The notes under the pieces are model-generated. The model saw only the letters and a program-made list of their open reading frames with translations. It did no database searches and had not been told where the DNA came from. The translations under genes and the position numbers were made by a program. A stretch of DNA of 63,656 nt, filler included, from Atractiella rhizophila (taxonomy: Eukaryota), in the NCBI GenBank assembly GCA_021432655.1. It is 4 parts of 4 records of this genome, joined end to end, with 100 filler letters (N's around TTAATTAATTAA, not from the genome) between each part and the next. Parts side by side here need not be neighbours in the genome. Positions count along the whole stretch, not along the records: positions 39,943 to 59,718 come from MU271847.1; positions 59,819 to 63,656 come from MU271923.1; 2 more parts are not named here. One strand, written 5' to 3'. Positions 50,301 to 62,648 of the stretch are shown in pieces; position 1 is the first letter of the stretch; every line of letters starts with the position of its first letter.

Positions 50301-52024
50301 GTACTATGTCGGAAACAAACTCAAGTGGTCAATATTCTTTGCCTGGAGGGATGACGGCGTTTGACTAGATTGCCGACAAAATCAATACGCGAGGTTTTGT
50401 TGTTTCATTGTTGATGTTATCATTAGTGTTGTTATCCACTTTACAGTTTTCCTCATGATCGTTTTGTTGTAAGGCATAGAGTGTTTTGGTTACGCCACCA
50501 ATCTCTTAGCGTCAAAGACACGGAATTGATGCTTCAACCCTTCTTGCCGTTTTCACGATCAATCTAGACGGGGTTTGTTGCCTCGGTGGCTGCCTCCTCT
50601 CGCGGGTAGCAGTTTGCGCCGCACAGAGGGAAGAAACATGTGTTGCGACAACCCCTAGAAGGCGGAATAGCTGCTGTAGGATTGTGCCCCCTCAGCGATG
50701 ATGCGCTCAGCATTCCATGCCCGATGCTCACGCTTGGAAAGCTCAAGGTCAAATCTGGGCGTTCCATCTCCGAGTTGCGGACTGATGAGAATAGGAAACC
50801 ATCTCCATGCTTTGGGAGACAAGCTCAGACTAAGCCAGAATTGGAGAAGATGCGAGAGTTGCATTGGGGTGAGAAATGACGACACAAGGGCCGAGCAAAG
50901 AGAACTTGAACTTGATTCGAAGACCAAGGATGGTGATGTTTCTTCGTCCAACCATCCTTCAAGCAAAGTTTGGGCGAAAAAATCCAAGATGGAAAGTCCA
51001 TTAACCATACTTCTCCATTTGGAGCTGTTACGGACTTCAGTTGGGGCCATCGGAGGCCAATGCAATGGAATTCAAAGATGGGCAACAGCCAGGTGCGTCC
51101 CCTATGCTGAAGATGACTACACGTACTAGTAGATCGCTTCCAATCAATGATGAGGCTTGGGTCTAGCTCACTTTCTGGCGAAACATGACATTTACAGACG
51201 TGGTCAAGCCTTCCACAGCCATCCTCCTTTACATCTTTGACCACAATTCAGGTGATTTAGACTGATACAACACCACCCACTTCCCCTTATCCCTTTGAAG
51301 GAGCTCACCTCTTATTTTTGATTGCCCATAGCATGCAAACCTCAATCGTCATAAATCAGTCAATCACCACCACTGCGTATCCAACGATACCCAACCCCCG
51401 CATCAACCGCCTCTCGTATTTATGTATTTATGAATGTCATCTGCTTCCAAGAAGCGCCAGAAGGCTGGTTGCCATACCCAAAAGTTCCATGCTTATGGTT
51501 GCTTTATTGACACGAGTACAAGAGATTTGGTGAATTGTTTCCGTAGAAACGACCAAGTGCTTGGGACTCGCCCCATCCAGAAGTCTGACAATTTTCTTCA
51601 CGTTCAGCCACCGGGAAGGCCGTCGTGAGCTCACCGGTTCTTTATCAATCCATACCCTCCAAAAGTGGAACCAGCTCCCCTTTACTTAACCTGGAACGAC
51701 GCCCCACCGGTGAATCTCCGAGTGCCAGGAGCTCACACGCTCGTTCATATTCTTCCTCCTTCCAAGACAGCGCTCCTTTTAGTAGAGACATTTAATATTC
51801 CATCTAGAAGTTGAACTTCTTTTCCTAGCTCAAAGGACACTTTTTTTACCCTACGACGAAGGAGCGAGGTGCTGCGATTTTGGTTCCTAAGGGACGGTAG
51901 CTTTATCCACTGGACAGGTTCACGCGATGGCTCAAATCCCAAAGCTCAACTCTTTGTCCGTCTCTTCCTTTACTCTCCGTCCTGCGACCAACTATCGTCT
52001 GTTGCTGACCTCGGTTTGACTCAG

Positions 52025-53484
52025 GTGGACGTCACCCTCTTTCTTCCTCGCAAAGGCGTCGCAAGCGGCGGACAAGCAGCAGTTCACACTCGTTAGACAA
52101 CCCGGGAAGGATGAAGGAGGTGAAGGAGTCTTCGTGCGCTGCAGCGTTACTGGATGCCCGTACGCTTCCTCACCTCTCTTAGAGCTGTTAAGTGAAGGGT
52201 GGATGCATTGACAGCTTCATGCTCGACCTGAGACCGTTTACGATTGGCAAGTTCCGCGTCGAGGAGGCCTGCCATGAACATTCGCATTCCGTTCTGTATC
52301 CAGTTACAAGTGAGTCTACTCCTCCATCGCGCTCCCATGTTGATATTGAAATGTGACCGAAAAGCTACAGCCACCCTCACACGTTCGCGTACCCTCCGCA
52401 CATCGGCTGCTCCTCCTGCTTCCACTTCCCCCTTCTCCGAAGAGAATGAACCATTCCGTTTTCCCGCTCGCTCGGACGAGCCCATGCCCAATATACCCCT
52501 CAATCTCCCACCGTGGGACTACGCCATGATAACGTCTGACCTCAAGCGTGGAACGTCAATGGATCCCACTCCCATTTCTTCCTCCCAATCCGCTCAGAAT
52601 CTTGGAACCTTGCAGAGATCCAACACTTCTTTTGGGAATACTGGATTGGGCAGATCAGCCAGTGCGGTGGTGTCGACCTTACCGGATGGGAGGCTCGAAA
52701 GGGTTCCTACCCCAAAGAGGGCGGATTCCACTCCTATGACAAGGCCGCTTGGGCGGACTCCGACAACCATCAACGTGAAGACGAATGGAGGAGGCCGTGG
52801 AATTGGGAGCGTCCGACGACCTTCTTCTAAGGGGAATGGGAGTGATACAGCTAGCATTAGGTGGGCGGATCAATCTTCGCCTCCTTCCCTCTCGTCCTCC
52901 GCCATCACTACGCCATACGATGTGCCCACTACCCCGAAACCATGCCGGTTCCCATCGTCAAGGGTGGGAAGAAAGGGGATTTACCCACTCTTCCGGACCT
53001 GGAGCCTCTTTCGCTGGAACCAAATCCAGAAGAGGGAGAGCGCATCGTCTTCTCTCCAGTAGGCCAATCTCTTCCTCCCTCCCCTCGCTCGCCATTAGCC
53101 TACGATCGTCCCTCGGCTCCAACTCCTCCTCTCTCCCTCCGCTCCCGCACTCCAGGTTCCTCTCGCCACCAATCTGAGTCCTCCTCCTCCTCTCTCGCAC
53201 CTTCCTCCTCCATGCCTATCAGAGACTTCCTTGCCTCTTGTTTACCAGATGGGAGACTCGTCTCCTACGAAAAAACGTTCAAGGATGCGGGAGTCGATAC
53301 TCTCTTACCTTTGATGACATTGGACGATGAAGAATGTAGGGAGTTTTTGAAGCATGACCTGAGCCCACCCATGGGAGGTGTCGACTTGAGACTTGTCGTC
53401 AGCGGATTGAGAGGCGTGAAGAAGAGGATGGGATTCGAGGGACATGGAAGGACGGGAAGCGGAGGTAGTGCTGGTTGGGAGTAG
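52025..53484 (+). CDS. S/P-rich protein with C-terminal SAM-like domain; start uncertain; one apparent frameshift near 52932
   Basis: C-terminal IRDFLASCLPDGRLVSYEKTFKDAGVDTLLPLMTLDDEECREFL...MGGVDLRLVVSGL resembles a SAM domain; ORFs 52244 and 52861 overlap in different frames. Confidence 0.55.
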
Positions 53485-54374
53485 GAACGATGTCAACGAA
53501 GACATTTTGGGTTTTAGATTGAGATGGGGAACAAGGGTTCAAGTTCTGTTGTGGACAGTCTACTATAAATCTTCAGTAGTACAGTAGTGGCTCGCATGAT
53601 GTTGTTTCATCAATTCACCCAGTTTCGATTCAGTCATCCTCATCTTTATCTCTTCTAGTACTTGCAATCCTGGTGATCATCCGACAAAGCACAAGGACTC
53701 TTTCCTTCACACATATACATAGCTTAACCTGTATTTATTCCATACATCCACTTAGTATGATGAAAAGGGAAGGAATGTAGTCATCCTGAACATCCTGCTC
53801 TGTTGACTGTCAGCTTTCTTTCGAAACCAACATGCTAAGCCGCAGGACTTTCTGGAGGACCTACCGAAGGAATCTCCCTATCTCTCTAGGAAGGAAAGGA
53901 TATCAACAAGACCCTTCGGTTTCGCAAAGCGCTTCGATCTCGCACCCCGTGTAATAGTCTAGATTTGTGGGCTTTGCACTAGACCCTCTTATAGGATGCT
54001 TCTCTGGTCTTATTCACTCAAGCATGCAGGACAGTCTCAATGTGGATTATGAACGACATGTGCTTTGCAGAAGGTTATGGATAGTTTGAATTATTCATGG
54101 TGTTGCGAACTGGGACACCAACCGTAGTCAGCATTTCACGCTTCAAATAAGAAAGTAGAAAGAAAGAGAAGATGAGCGCTCAGAACGTCAAGGACTTCAT
54201 CGCCCTCCCACTCCGAAGAGCCAAGAGGGATCAAAGCAGAGGTGCCAGAAATAAAAGGGTACCGCATACTCTGTAACTGCGGTTATCTTCATAGCGCATT
54301 CATCTCCACCTTCCACATCCCAACGTACAATAGATAGGAGGAGACGACGGAACTCACCTTCTTTATAAATATAA

Positions 54375-55769
54375 CTACTCCTCATCATCGCTCCCATAAT
54401 CCGCCAAGCTCCCCAACGCGTTGGGCTTCTCTTTCGTCGCCGCAGCTCCTGCCACAGATTTGAGACTGTCAAGCGCACCAAAGGAGAGAAGCCCGGTTGG
54501 TTGCTGCATCTGCGGAGCAACAGGGGCGGGTGCAGCTTCAAGTCGAGCACGCTTCGCTGGCGGGGCACCATCTTCGTCGTCTGATCCCTCCCCGACGAGA
54601 CCATCGTTTAATCCCTCTAGGTCATCGAGCTGTCGAATGTGGCGGACTAATTCGGGAGGCAGACGCTTGGCGATTCCTTCTTCCCCAACTCTCTTCAGTC
54701 GTGCTAGCTCTTCCTCTTTTGACGTCGGGTTGGGGTCTTCAGTCGCCCATCTAGGTCGCGCGAGCATTAGACATATATCAACCTACTGAGATCAAAAGAA
54801 CACACCGGACATTCAGCACTTCATCATGGTCGAGGGATTGATGCATCATCGCTTCTTTCGCAAATTGTGCTTGAAGCTCGGAAATGTAAGTGACAAAAGC
54901 GACTCCACGACCATGAAGTACACGTACTGCCAACGACACCAAGTTCGTTACTGTTCAATAGAGACAAAATCACAAAACTTACTCTTCTCGACCTCCCCAA
55001 ATTCCTCAAAATGCCGCAGGATCATATCTTCCATCTCTCCCTCCCTCCCTCCTCTCACGCTTTCATTCAGCCTACCAACGTACAGGGTCCTATTCTGCCT
55101 CAGGAAAGATCCGACGCCACCCATATCATCTCGGTAGTTCGAAAACTTTTCACGTCCGAAAACGTCACGAGCAGCGTCGGGAAGTTTAGACTCTTTCGGA
55201 GGAAGACGATGGAGATAGCTGCAGTCTTGCCTGCTCGTAAGTGAGCGGCTTGATGCAAATAGCAGGAAAAATAACAAACCCATAGGGACAACACCCACGT
55301 GCAAAGAAGAGGCAGATGTATTTATTGTTTCCACCGTCTGCACGCGTGTACCCAGTGTCTGTTGCCAGAACACAACGGGTCTGAGACTTCTCCTTACTAT
55401 AGGTTCCCGTCAGTATTCCAAGACAGTTTGCATTACTGCGCAGAAAGACGTACACGTTATACTCATCAAATTTATCACCCCCCGCCCATCTGCAAGGTTG
55501 GTGTCAAAACAGCTTCACCATCAGAAATTCGCGTACTTATGGTACCATAGGTTGTACTGCCTTCCCAAGAAACGTAAACACCCATTTAACGTAAGGAAGG
55601 AGCAACATACGATTTGACCAGTCTGGGCTAAGGCCTTCTTCTCAATCTGCCCTTTTTCCACTTGCTTCCTAGCAGGTCGCCTTTTGACTTTGACAATCCT
55701 AGGCTCTCCATCTTGACCATCTGCTGGGGCCACAACAGAATTTGACGAAGTAGAAGCAATGTTGGACAT
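54375..55769 (-). CDS. CWC2: Pre-mRNA splicing factor Cwc2 (CCCH zinc finger + RRM)
   Basis: RRPARKQV, YNLWYHK|WAGG, TRC..DTGYTRAD..ICLFFARGCCPYG|..CSYLHRLP, DVFGREKFSNYRDDMGGVGSF..NRTLYVG, RWATEDPNP. Confidence 0.93.
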
Positions 55770-55949
55770 GGTAGTTGTAATTGTGATGTGCTTTTATAGG
55801 GTACCGAAACTTTATGCTGCGCGGCGGCTGTTTGTTTTTCTTGTGCAACCCTAACTCCTCAGCTCAAGATCGTGACTTGGGATCGACCAGCTTTGTCGTG
55901 CGTATAAAAAGCGTTAGGCACTCTACGGGAAGGATCAACAGCAGGAACA

Positions 55950-57388
55950 ATGTCTAGCGGAACTATTAGCAAACGTAGAAAGGTTCGTTTCTGCTCTTTC
56001 CATGGTGCAATACATGAGGGACTGTCGCATTATCTCTGCTTCAATTGATGAGATGGCATGGCAAATAATATGCACTTGCCACTAATATTGTTTTACTTCT
56101 GGCAAGAAGACAATGATTAAAAACTCTTAGCTCTTCGAGTGGACATGACAGCAGTTGTGAATCGTTTGCTCTGAAACTCTGACTCCCTGCTCTCTGCTGC
56201 ACTTCGATCGCTCACTAACTTGATGTGAACCATAGTTCGTTGCCGACGGTATGTTTAAGCAATCAATAGCACCAACGAAATACTGAATTCTGCTGCCAAC
56301 TTTAGGTGTTTTCTACGGTTAGTCTGGATGCTTCTCTTTGAGATCCGATGACTGATTCGCCTCTCTGGTACTAGCCGAATTGAATGACTTCTTCACCCGA
56401 GAGTTGTCTTCTGAGGGATACTCCGGTTGCGAAGTCCGTGTCGCCCATGCCAAAACCGAAATTATCATCCGCGCCACACACACCCAGGAAGTTTTGGGAG
56501 AGAAGGGTTAGTTTCCCGCCTTCATATTTCCCAAAGGTTGAATGCATAACGTGGTACAGGACGCAGGATCAGGGAGCTCACCTCGCTCCTTACCAAGAGA
56601 TTCCACTTCCCCGAAGGAGCCCTCGAACTGTTCGCTGAAAAAGTGACCCACCGTGGTCTCTCCGCCGTCGCTCAAGCCGAATCCCTCCGCTACAAACTTC
56701 TGCAGGGTTTGGCGTACCGAAGGGCTTGCTATGGTGTTGTGCGATTTGTTATGGAGAGCGGCGCCAAAGGCGTTGAGGTTGTCGTCTCCGGAAAGCTCAG
56801 AGCGTATGTCTTTTTTGTCTGCTCCGGAACTAGAGGTAGATACGAATAATCCATCTTAATGGATAGTGCGAGGGCAAAGAGCATGAAGTTCACCGATGGA
56901 TTCATGATTCATTCCGGTCAGCCAGCAAGGGACTTCGTGGATGAGGCTGTCAGGCACGTCCTCCTTCGCCAAGGTGTCCTCGGTATCAAGGTCAAGATGT
57001 ATGTCTATTCTCCCTACCAAATCCCATTGTGCTTAACTCTCCATTAAATAGCATGAAGCCTTGGGATCCTGAGGGCAAGACTGGACCCAAGCGTCCTCTT
57101 CCTGATATGGTCACCATTGTTGAGCCGAAGGAAGAGTCTGCTGCACCAGCACCCGTTACTCACGCGTATGCTCATTATTGACGATCACATGCCAGTTCTG
57201 ATGGGAAATATAGTGAGCCTCGTCCAGCTGGCGAGTTCCATTACCAGCCCGCCACTGAGCAGGCTGCTCCAGAAGTTGCAGATGTTATTGAGGAGCAGGT
57301 CGTTGGAGAGGTACCTTCCGGGACAAAGGATGGATGGGGAGGAGATGAGCCTGCCGCTCCAGTGGCTGAGGCGTCTGGATGGGATTAA
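55950..57388 (+). CDS. RPS3: 40S ribosomal protein S3 (uS3)
   Basis: [90 protein letters not shown]. Confidence 0.97.
56020..56175 (+). ncRNA. Candidate intronic snoRNA(s) in RPS3 intron 1
   Basis: The 252-nt intron has a hairpin (tatctc/gagatg), an H-box-like AAATAA, a hairpin cttgcca/tggcaag and ACA at 56110; also C-like ATGATTA (56113) and D-box CTGA (56171). Confidence 0.4.
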
Positions 57389-57613
57389 GCGTTTTTCTAT
57401 TCTGTTTTCGTACGAGAGTGAGAGTGTAAAGCTACTCGATATCGCAATTCATCAGAATTGTACACCATCAGTTTTTCAGTGCTGGGACAAGAACATGGGG
57501 AGTTGATTGCATAGTGAAACAAGATGGTTAAGATCGATGCGAGAACAAAAGACAAAACCCAAGAAAAGAGATGGACGATACCGTCTATGATGTGTGAACT
57601 GAACCACTCGCAC

Positions 57614-58882
57614 TCAAAACGCGCAAAACAACAACTTAAACCGAAACATCATACTGCTCATTGAACGTATCTCTTCCTCTGATTCACCATCGCTCTTCTC
57701 GTATCCGGCGTCAAACTCTTGAGCCTACTATGCACAGGCGTCACAGGGATCTACGAAAGGCTCAGTCCATTTCCTGCCATAAGAAGTTTGAAAGGAGTGA
57801 ATGAACGCACCTCCACTCCAGCGCTGCGTAAGCCAACGCTCCCTCGGTAGCCTCTTGGAAGGTCAAAGTGCATGTCGTTCCTAATGGCGTCGCGGAATCG
57901 CGTTGCCATCTTCGGATCGTGCATGTCAATCGACCACCGCTCGCTTATGTACCTGATCAGATATTGGTTTCAGCAATGAGCAAGAGGGGAGGACGGGTGG
58001 ATGTGAACGGACTTCTTGAGACGTTGTTGAGATATCAAGTCGTCTTTTGAGGATGAGAGGGCTTCAATGGACTTCTGCATGTACCAAGGGGAATACAGTC
58101 AGTGCGAGCGATTTTGGAAGAAGAGAGCGGCGCACCTGTACCATTCCCCTCCACTTCTCCTCCTCTGACATCGCTTTCGGCTCGCCCAAGTTCAAAGGTG
58201 GCGGTCTCAACCTCTCCCTCGACTTCTTCACATTTCCCTCCTTTCTTATCGACTCTGCGTTGATCGAGGGTACTAGTAGCCTTAGTATCTCTGCTTCCTC
58301 TCCCTCCTCTGTCTCTCCCTCTCCTTGCATCGCGTCAAATGTACTTTGGATGTCCACCACTCTTGTTGAAGCTAGTGATGATTTGAAAGGTGAAGATACT
58401 GGTGTAGGATCGTACTCTATGTCTCGCGTTGGCGAGCATAATGGGACAAAAGGCAACTCCAGAACTGGCGTCCTCGTTGGAGGAGGCGAGCTTTCCGGCG
58501 ACCTAGGAAGATGGAACTGGAAAGGCACTTCGAAAGCCGAGGCGTGTGCGCCAAACGGGGTGGAGAGACGCTGCAATCGAGATGTCAAGGGACTGGGCGG
58601 TGGCTCTTCCTCCTCCTCGATGGTCGCGAGCGTGGGAGGCGAAGAAAAAGTTGGACGAGGGGTACTTGAGGGAAGTAGGAGGGTCTGTTCTGCTATGTCG
58701 TCCTCGTTTTCGGGAGTGGCGGAGTGGGTAGAGTGGGGACTGTCACCGCTTAGTTCAAGGGGTGTTGGAGAGGAGAGAGTTATTGAGGTGGAAGAAGCAA
58801 AGATGGAGGAAGGGGACAAGTTGAAGATGGGCTGGAGGTAGGAAGTCCAACGTGCGGACGGGGATGCCTCCGAAGTTGACAT
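57614..58882 (-). CDS. Protein with C-terminal linker-histone H1/H5-like (H15) winged-helix domain and S/P/E-rich N-terminus
   Basis: Spliced: KWRGMVQ|KSIEALSSSKDDLISQQRLKK|YISERWSIDMHDPKMATRFRDAIRNDMHFDLPRGYRGSVGL, resembling the H15 pattern Y..MI..AI..L....SSRQAIKKYI...F.QPKG.SG.VKL. Confidence 0.55.
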
Positions 58883-59718
58883 CAGAACGGATACCTACGA
58901 GAGAAATGAGGAGAAAGAACTGAAACGAGCATAGTTATATCATACAACAACCGTTTGACGGAGCCAAAGGTAGCCTTGTTACTTCCCGAGTTTTGCTCTG
59001 GTGAGATTTGAACGAACAAAGAAGGCGAGGCAAGAACCAACGCGGCGGGCTCTCTCGAGTTGATTTCTGGTTCTAATGAAGAAATAGAGGTACTTCAGGC
59101 GTCAAAAAAAGTCGTAAAAGGGGTCGTGAAATATTAGCTAGCTCAGGTTCAGCGGTGGTTGTTTCCTGCTGCATCCATTTGCGCGGACGTGGGCACAGTC
59201 TCGCTCATTACAACAACAAAATCCACTGACATGAACAAACTCTTGTGTGAGATCTTATATGCTCTAGCAGCCCAAAAATCCTCTAACCTGGCAAATGACA
59301 TTGAAATCATTGTTCCCAGCGTAAGCTCAGCGGAAGGTGCCTATTCCAAAGTTCAAGTTGCTCAGAGAATGCGGGGTAATAAGGTTCGTCACTGCCTTCT
59401 AGAAGCACAGCCAAATAGCCCACTCGTGACTTTTTCGCGCTGTCCTATTTGGACGTGTTGATATTACCCTGCCAGTAACATGGATTATGGGAACGACCAC
59501 GGACTAACGCATTGGCAGGGAGATTGAGACTGACGAGGTACGCTTTCTGTTGATGAAGATGGACCATATCATCTTCTGACATTTCGCAACTTGCATTTTC
59601 GCAGAGGTCCATCAGTTGGGACCATTGTTTTCAACGCACGGGATACGACATCTACGGTAAGGTAAACACTACGACTTGGACGCTGCTACTCTTTACGAAC
59701 GACGACAAAGACGCTGTT

Positions 59719-59818
59719 NNNNNNNNNNNNNNNNNNNNNNNNNNNNNNNNNNNNNNNNNNNNTTAATTAATTAANNNNNNNNNNNNNNNNNNNNNNNNNN
59801 NNNNNNNNNNNNNNNNNN
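59719..59818. other. Assembly gap with TTAATTAATTAA linker
   Basis: Directly visible. Confidence 0.97.
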
Positions 59819-62319
59819 GATCGAGAAATTGTTTCTTCAACTCCAATCCATACGCATTTTTGGCTTACATGACTCGTCACAGTGGATTGCATGCCCGCCT
59901 GTTGCCCTGACAACTGAACTTCTTGACTTGGTTTTTGAGAATATTGCCAGAGATAATCAACACGTTTCTCCTTATTCGAAGGTCTGCCACCTTTGGTGGT
60001 AGCGATTTAGGTCCCTCGAACAAGAACCTTCCTCTGCTCAGCGCAAGATAAAGTCATTGTCCAGTTGGCCAATACTGAGACGATTCTGGTATTCCCTAAA
60101 GTATTTAGAAGAAGATTCCCGACTCAATATCAACATGTCAGAGCTCGTCCGCTTGGTATCTCTTTTTCAGCCTCGGATTACCACTGTTCACCTTTGGTGC
60201 CCACAATCGCCCCAGGATCGGAGTGTACTGGATGTCCTTGCAAAATTGAGGCATATTTATGATGTAGAACTTATGGATTGGCCACAACAAGCGCTGCATA
60301 GGTTCTTGAATAAAATGTCCTCGTGGGGTCAACTCAAACGCATCAGTGTGGTCAGTTTTGAAGTTCCCTCAGTTGCAAATTCACCGCCAGCGGCGAGTCC
60401 AGGTGTTCAGTTTGTGGCGCCAATTCGACTGGATCGTTTAGAGGCGAAAGACCTAACGACCACACCGGTCCCTGAGTCGGCGTTGAATGCTACTCGATTG
60501 GGATTCCTCAGCCTCGACTGTGGGTTTCCACAAAGTTTCTCTTTCGACAACCGACCTTTACTTCATCTGAAGCACCTAAGCCTTTCCTTTACTTGGGCTG
60601 AATGGCCAACAGAATATCCGCTGCGTAACCCTTTGCAGCTCACGCATCTTCACGACCTTACATGGCTGGATATTGATGGAGGTCATGAAAGTAGTAATAT
60701 TCTCCCGTTCGACTTCTTCGATAGGCTCTCTTCCTCGCTTGACGGGCATTAAGATTTCATTTGCTTTGTTGGAATATTGGTTTTGAAAGTTTTGTAGATC
60801 GTTTCTCGGACCGCAGCGCTGAAGTCTTCGTCGAGCTGTTTTTCGGACAATGGGAAGAAGAAGATATGCCTCGTGATGATGCGAGTAACGGAGCTCGAGA
60901 AAGACGATAACAGAGAGGGTTTTCATGAATTTGAGTTGTCAGAAGACTTGGAATAACAACTATTCCATGCATCTGGTGTAACGTGTACATTGTCACAGTA
61001 GATGTAGCAGCCAGCTTGCTCGTCTTGGCCGCTTGCAAGAAATTTCGAGGATGGCATTCTTTGTACATTGCATCATCTGTAGATTGAGACTGGTTTGCGC
61101 AACTCGGGCATTCTGGTCCTTCGGCTGTAAAAGAAAAGGGGATCAACGTCCCCGGAGCCGCACGCGCAAGAATTACTTCAGCCACACTCGGACAGTCAGG
61201 TCATAACATTCTACCAACACACGGCTGCAACTGTTCGCCGCGTTCTCCTGTACCTCATAAGATCGAGAAATTGTTTCTTCAACTCCAATCCATACGCATT
61301 TTTGGCTTACATGACTCGTCACAGTGGATTGCATGCCCGCCTGTTGCCCTGACAATTGAACTTCTTGGCTTGATTTTTGAGAATATTGTCAGAGATAATC
61401 AATACGTTTCTCCTTATTCGAAGATCTACCTTTGGCGGGAGCAATTTAGGTCCCTCGAACAAGATTCCTCTGCTCAGCGCAAGATAAAGTCATTGTCCAG
61501 TTGGCCAATACTGAGACGATTCTGGTATTCGCTAAAGTATTTAGAAGAAGGCTCGATTGGAATCCCTCAGCCTCGACTGTGGTTTTCCGCCAAGTTTCTC
61601 CTTCGACAACCGACCTTTACTTCATCCGAAGCACCTAAGCCTTTCCTTTGCTTGGGTTGAATGGCCAACAGAATATCCATTGCGTAACCCTTTGCAGCTC
61701 ACGCATCTTCACGACCTTACATGGCTGGATGTTGATGGAGGTCATGAAAGTAGTAATATTCTCCCGTTCGACTTCTTCGATAGGCTCTCTCCCTCGCTTG
61801 ACGGGCATTAAGATTTCATTTTGCTTTGTTGGAATATTGGTTTTGAAAGTTTTGTAGATCGTTTCTCGGACCGCAGCGCTGAAGTCTTCGTCGAGCTTTT
61901 TTTCCGACAATGGGAAGAAGAAGATATGCCTCGTGTTATGATGCGAGTAACGGAGCTCGAGAAAGACGATGACAGAGGGGGTTTTCAAGAATTTGAGTTG
62001 TCAGAAGACTTGGAATAACAACTATTCCATGCATCTGGTGTAACGTGTACATTGTCACAGTAGATGTAGCAGCCAGCATGCTCGTTTTGGTCGCTTGCAG
62101 GAAATTTCGAGGATGGCATTCTTTGTAAATTGCATCGTCTGTAGATTGAGACTGGTTTGTGCAAGTCGGGCATTCTGCTCCTTCGGCAGTAAAGAAAAGG
62201 GGATCAACGTCCCCGGAGCCGCATTCGCAAGAATTACTTCAGCCACACTCGGACAGTCAGGTCATAACATTCTACCAACACACGGCTGCAACTGTTCGCC
62301 GCGTTCTCCTGTACCTCAT
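59819..62319 (+). repeat. Tandem duplication: copy 1 at 59819-61260, copy 2 at 61261-62319 (lacks ~380 bp)
   Basis: Both copies start gatcgagaaattgtttcttc and end ctcctgtacctcata; copy 2 lacks the segment corresponding to ~60115-60492. Confidence 0.95.
59869..60956 (+). pseudogene. F-box/LRR-like pseudogene (second, more deleted copy at ~61310-62018)
   Basis: TELLDLVFENI F-box-like start and LxxLxL repeats (LLHLKHLSLSF, LHDLTWLDI); frameshifts near the start and near 60750 in both copies. Confidence 0.55.
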
Positions 62320-62648
62320 ACTACCGTCCGCCCTTTTTCTCTCGCAGAGGTGACAAAGCCATCAGGATGCAGGAGGGAGCGAAGAAGGCAGACAGAACAG
62401 GACCTGTCTCGAACGGTTTGTCAAGGGTGAACAATTAGAAACTTGGCACGGACCCCGAACTCGCCATGGAGCAGCAGAAAGATCTGAAAGCTGTCTTACT
62501 CAACGATATAGGCATTAGGAATTGATGAGGTGATCCACATTAAGTCGTGGACGCACGAAGAGGGCATCAAATAAAAAGCACCCTTGTCTTATTCCTCGCA
62601 GCGTCATTTCAATACATTGAAGCTGCACTACAACATCGATAATCAAGC

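Noticed and set aside
50560..51244. Overlapping 70-140 aa ORFs on both strands
   Set aside because: No motif, splice structure or preferred frame.
59230..59718. Possible kinase-like fragment (AEGAYSKV)
   Set aside because: Only a glycine-loop resemblance, followed by stops and truncated by the gap.
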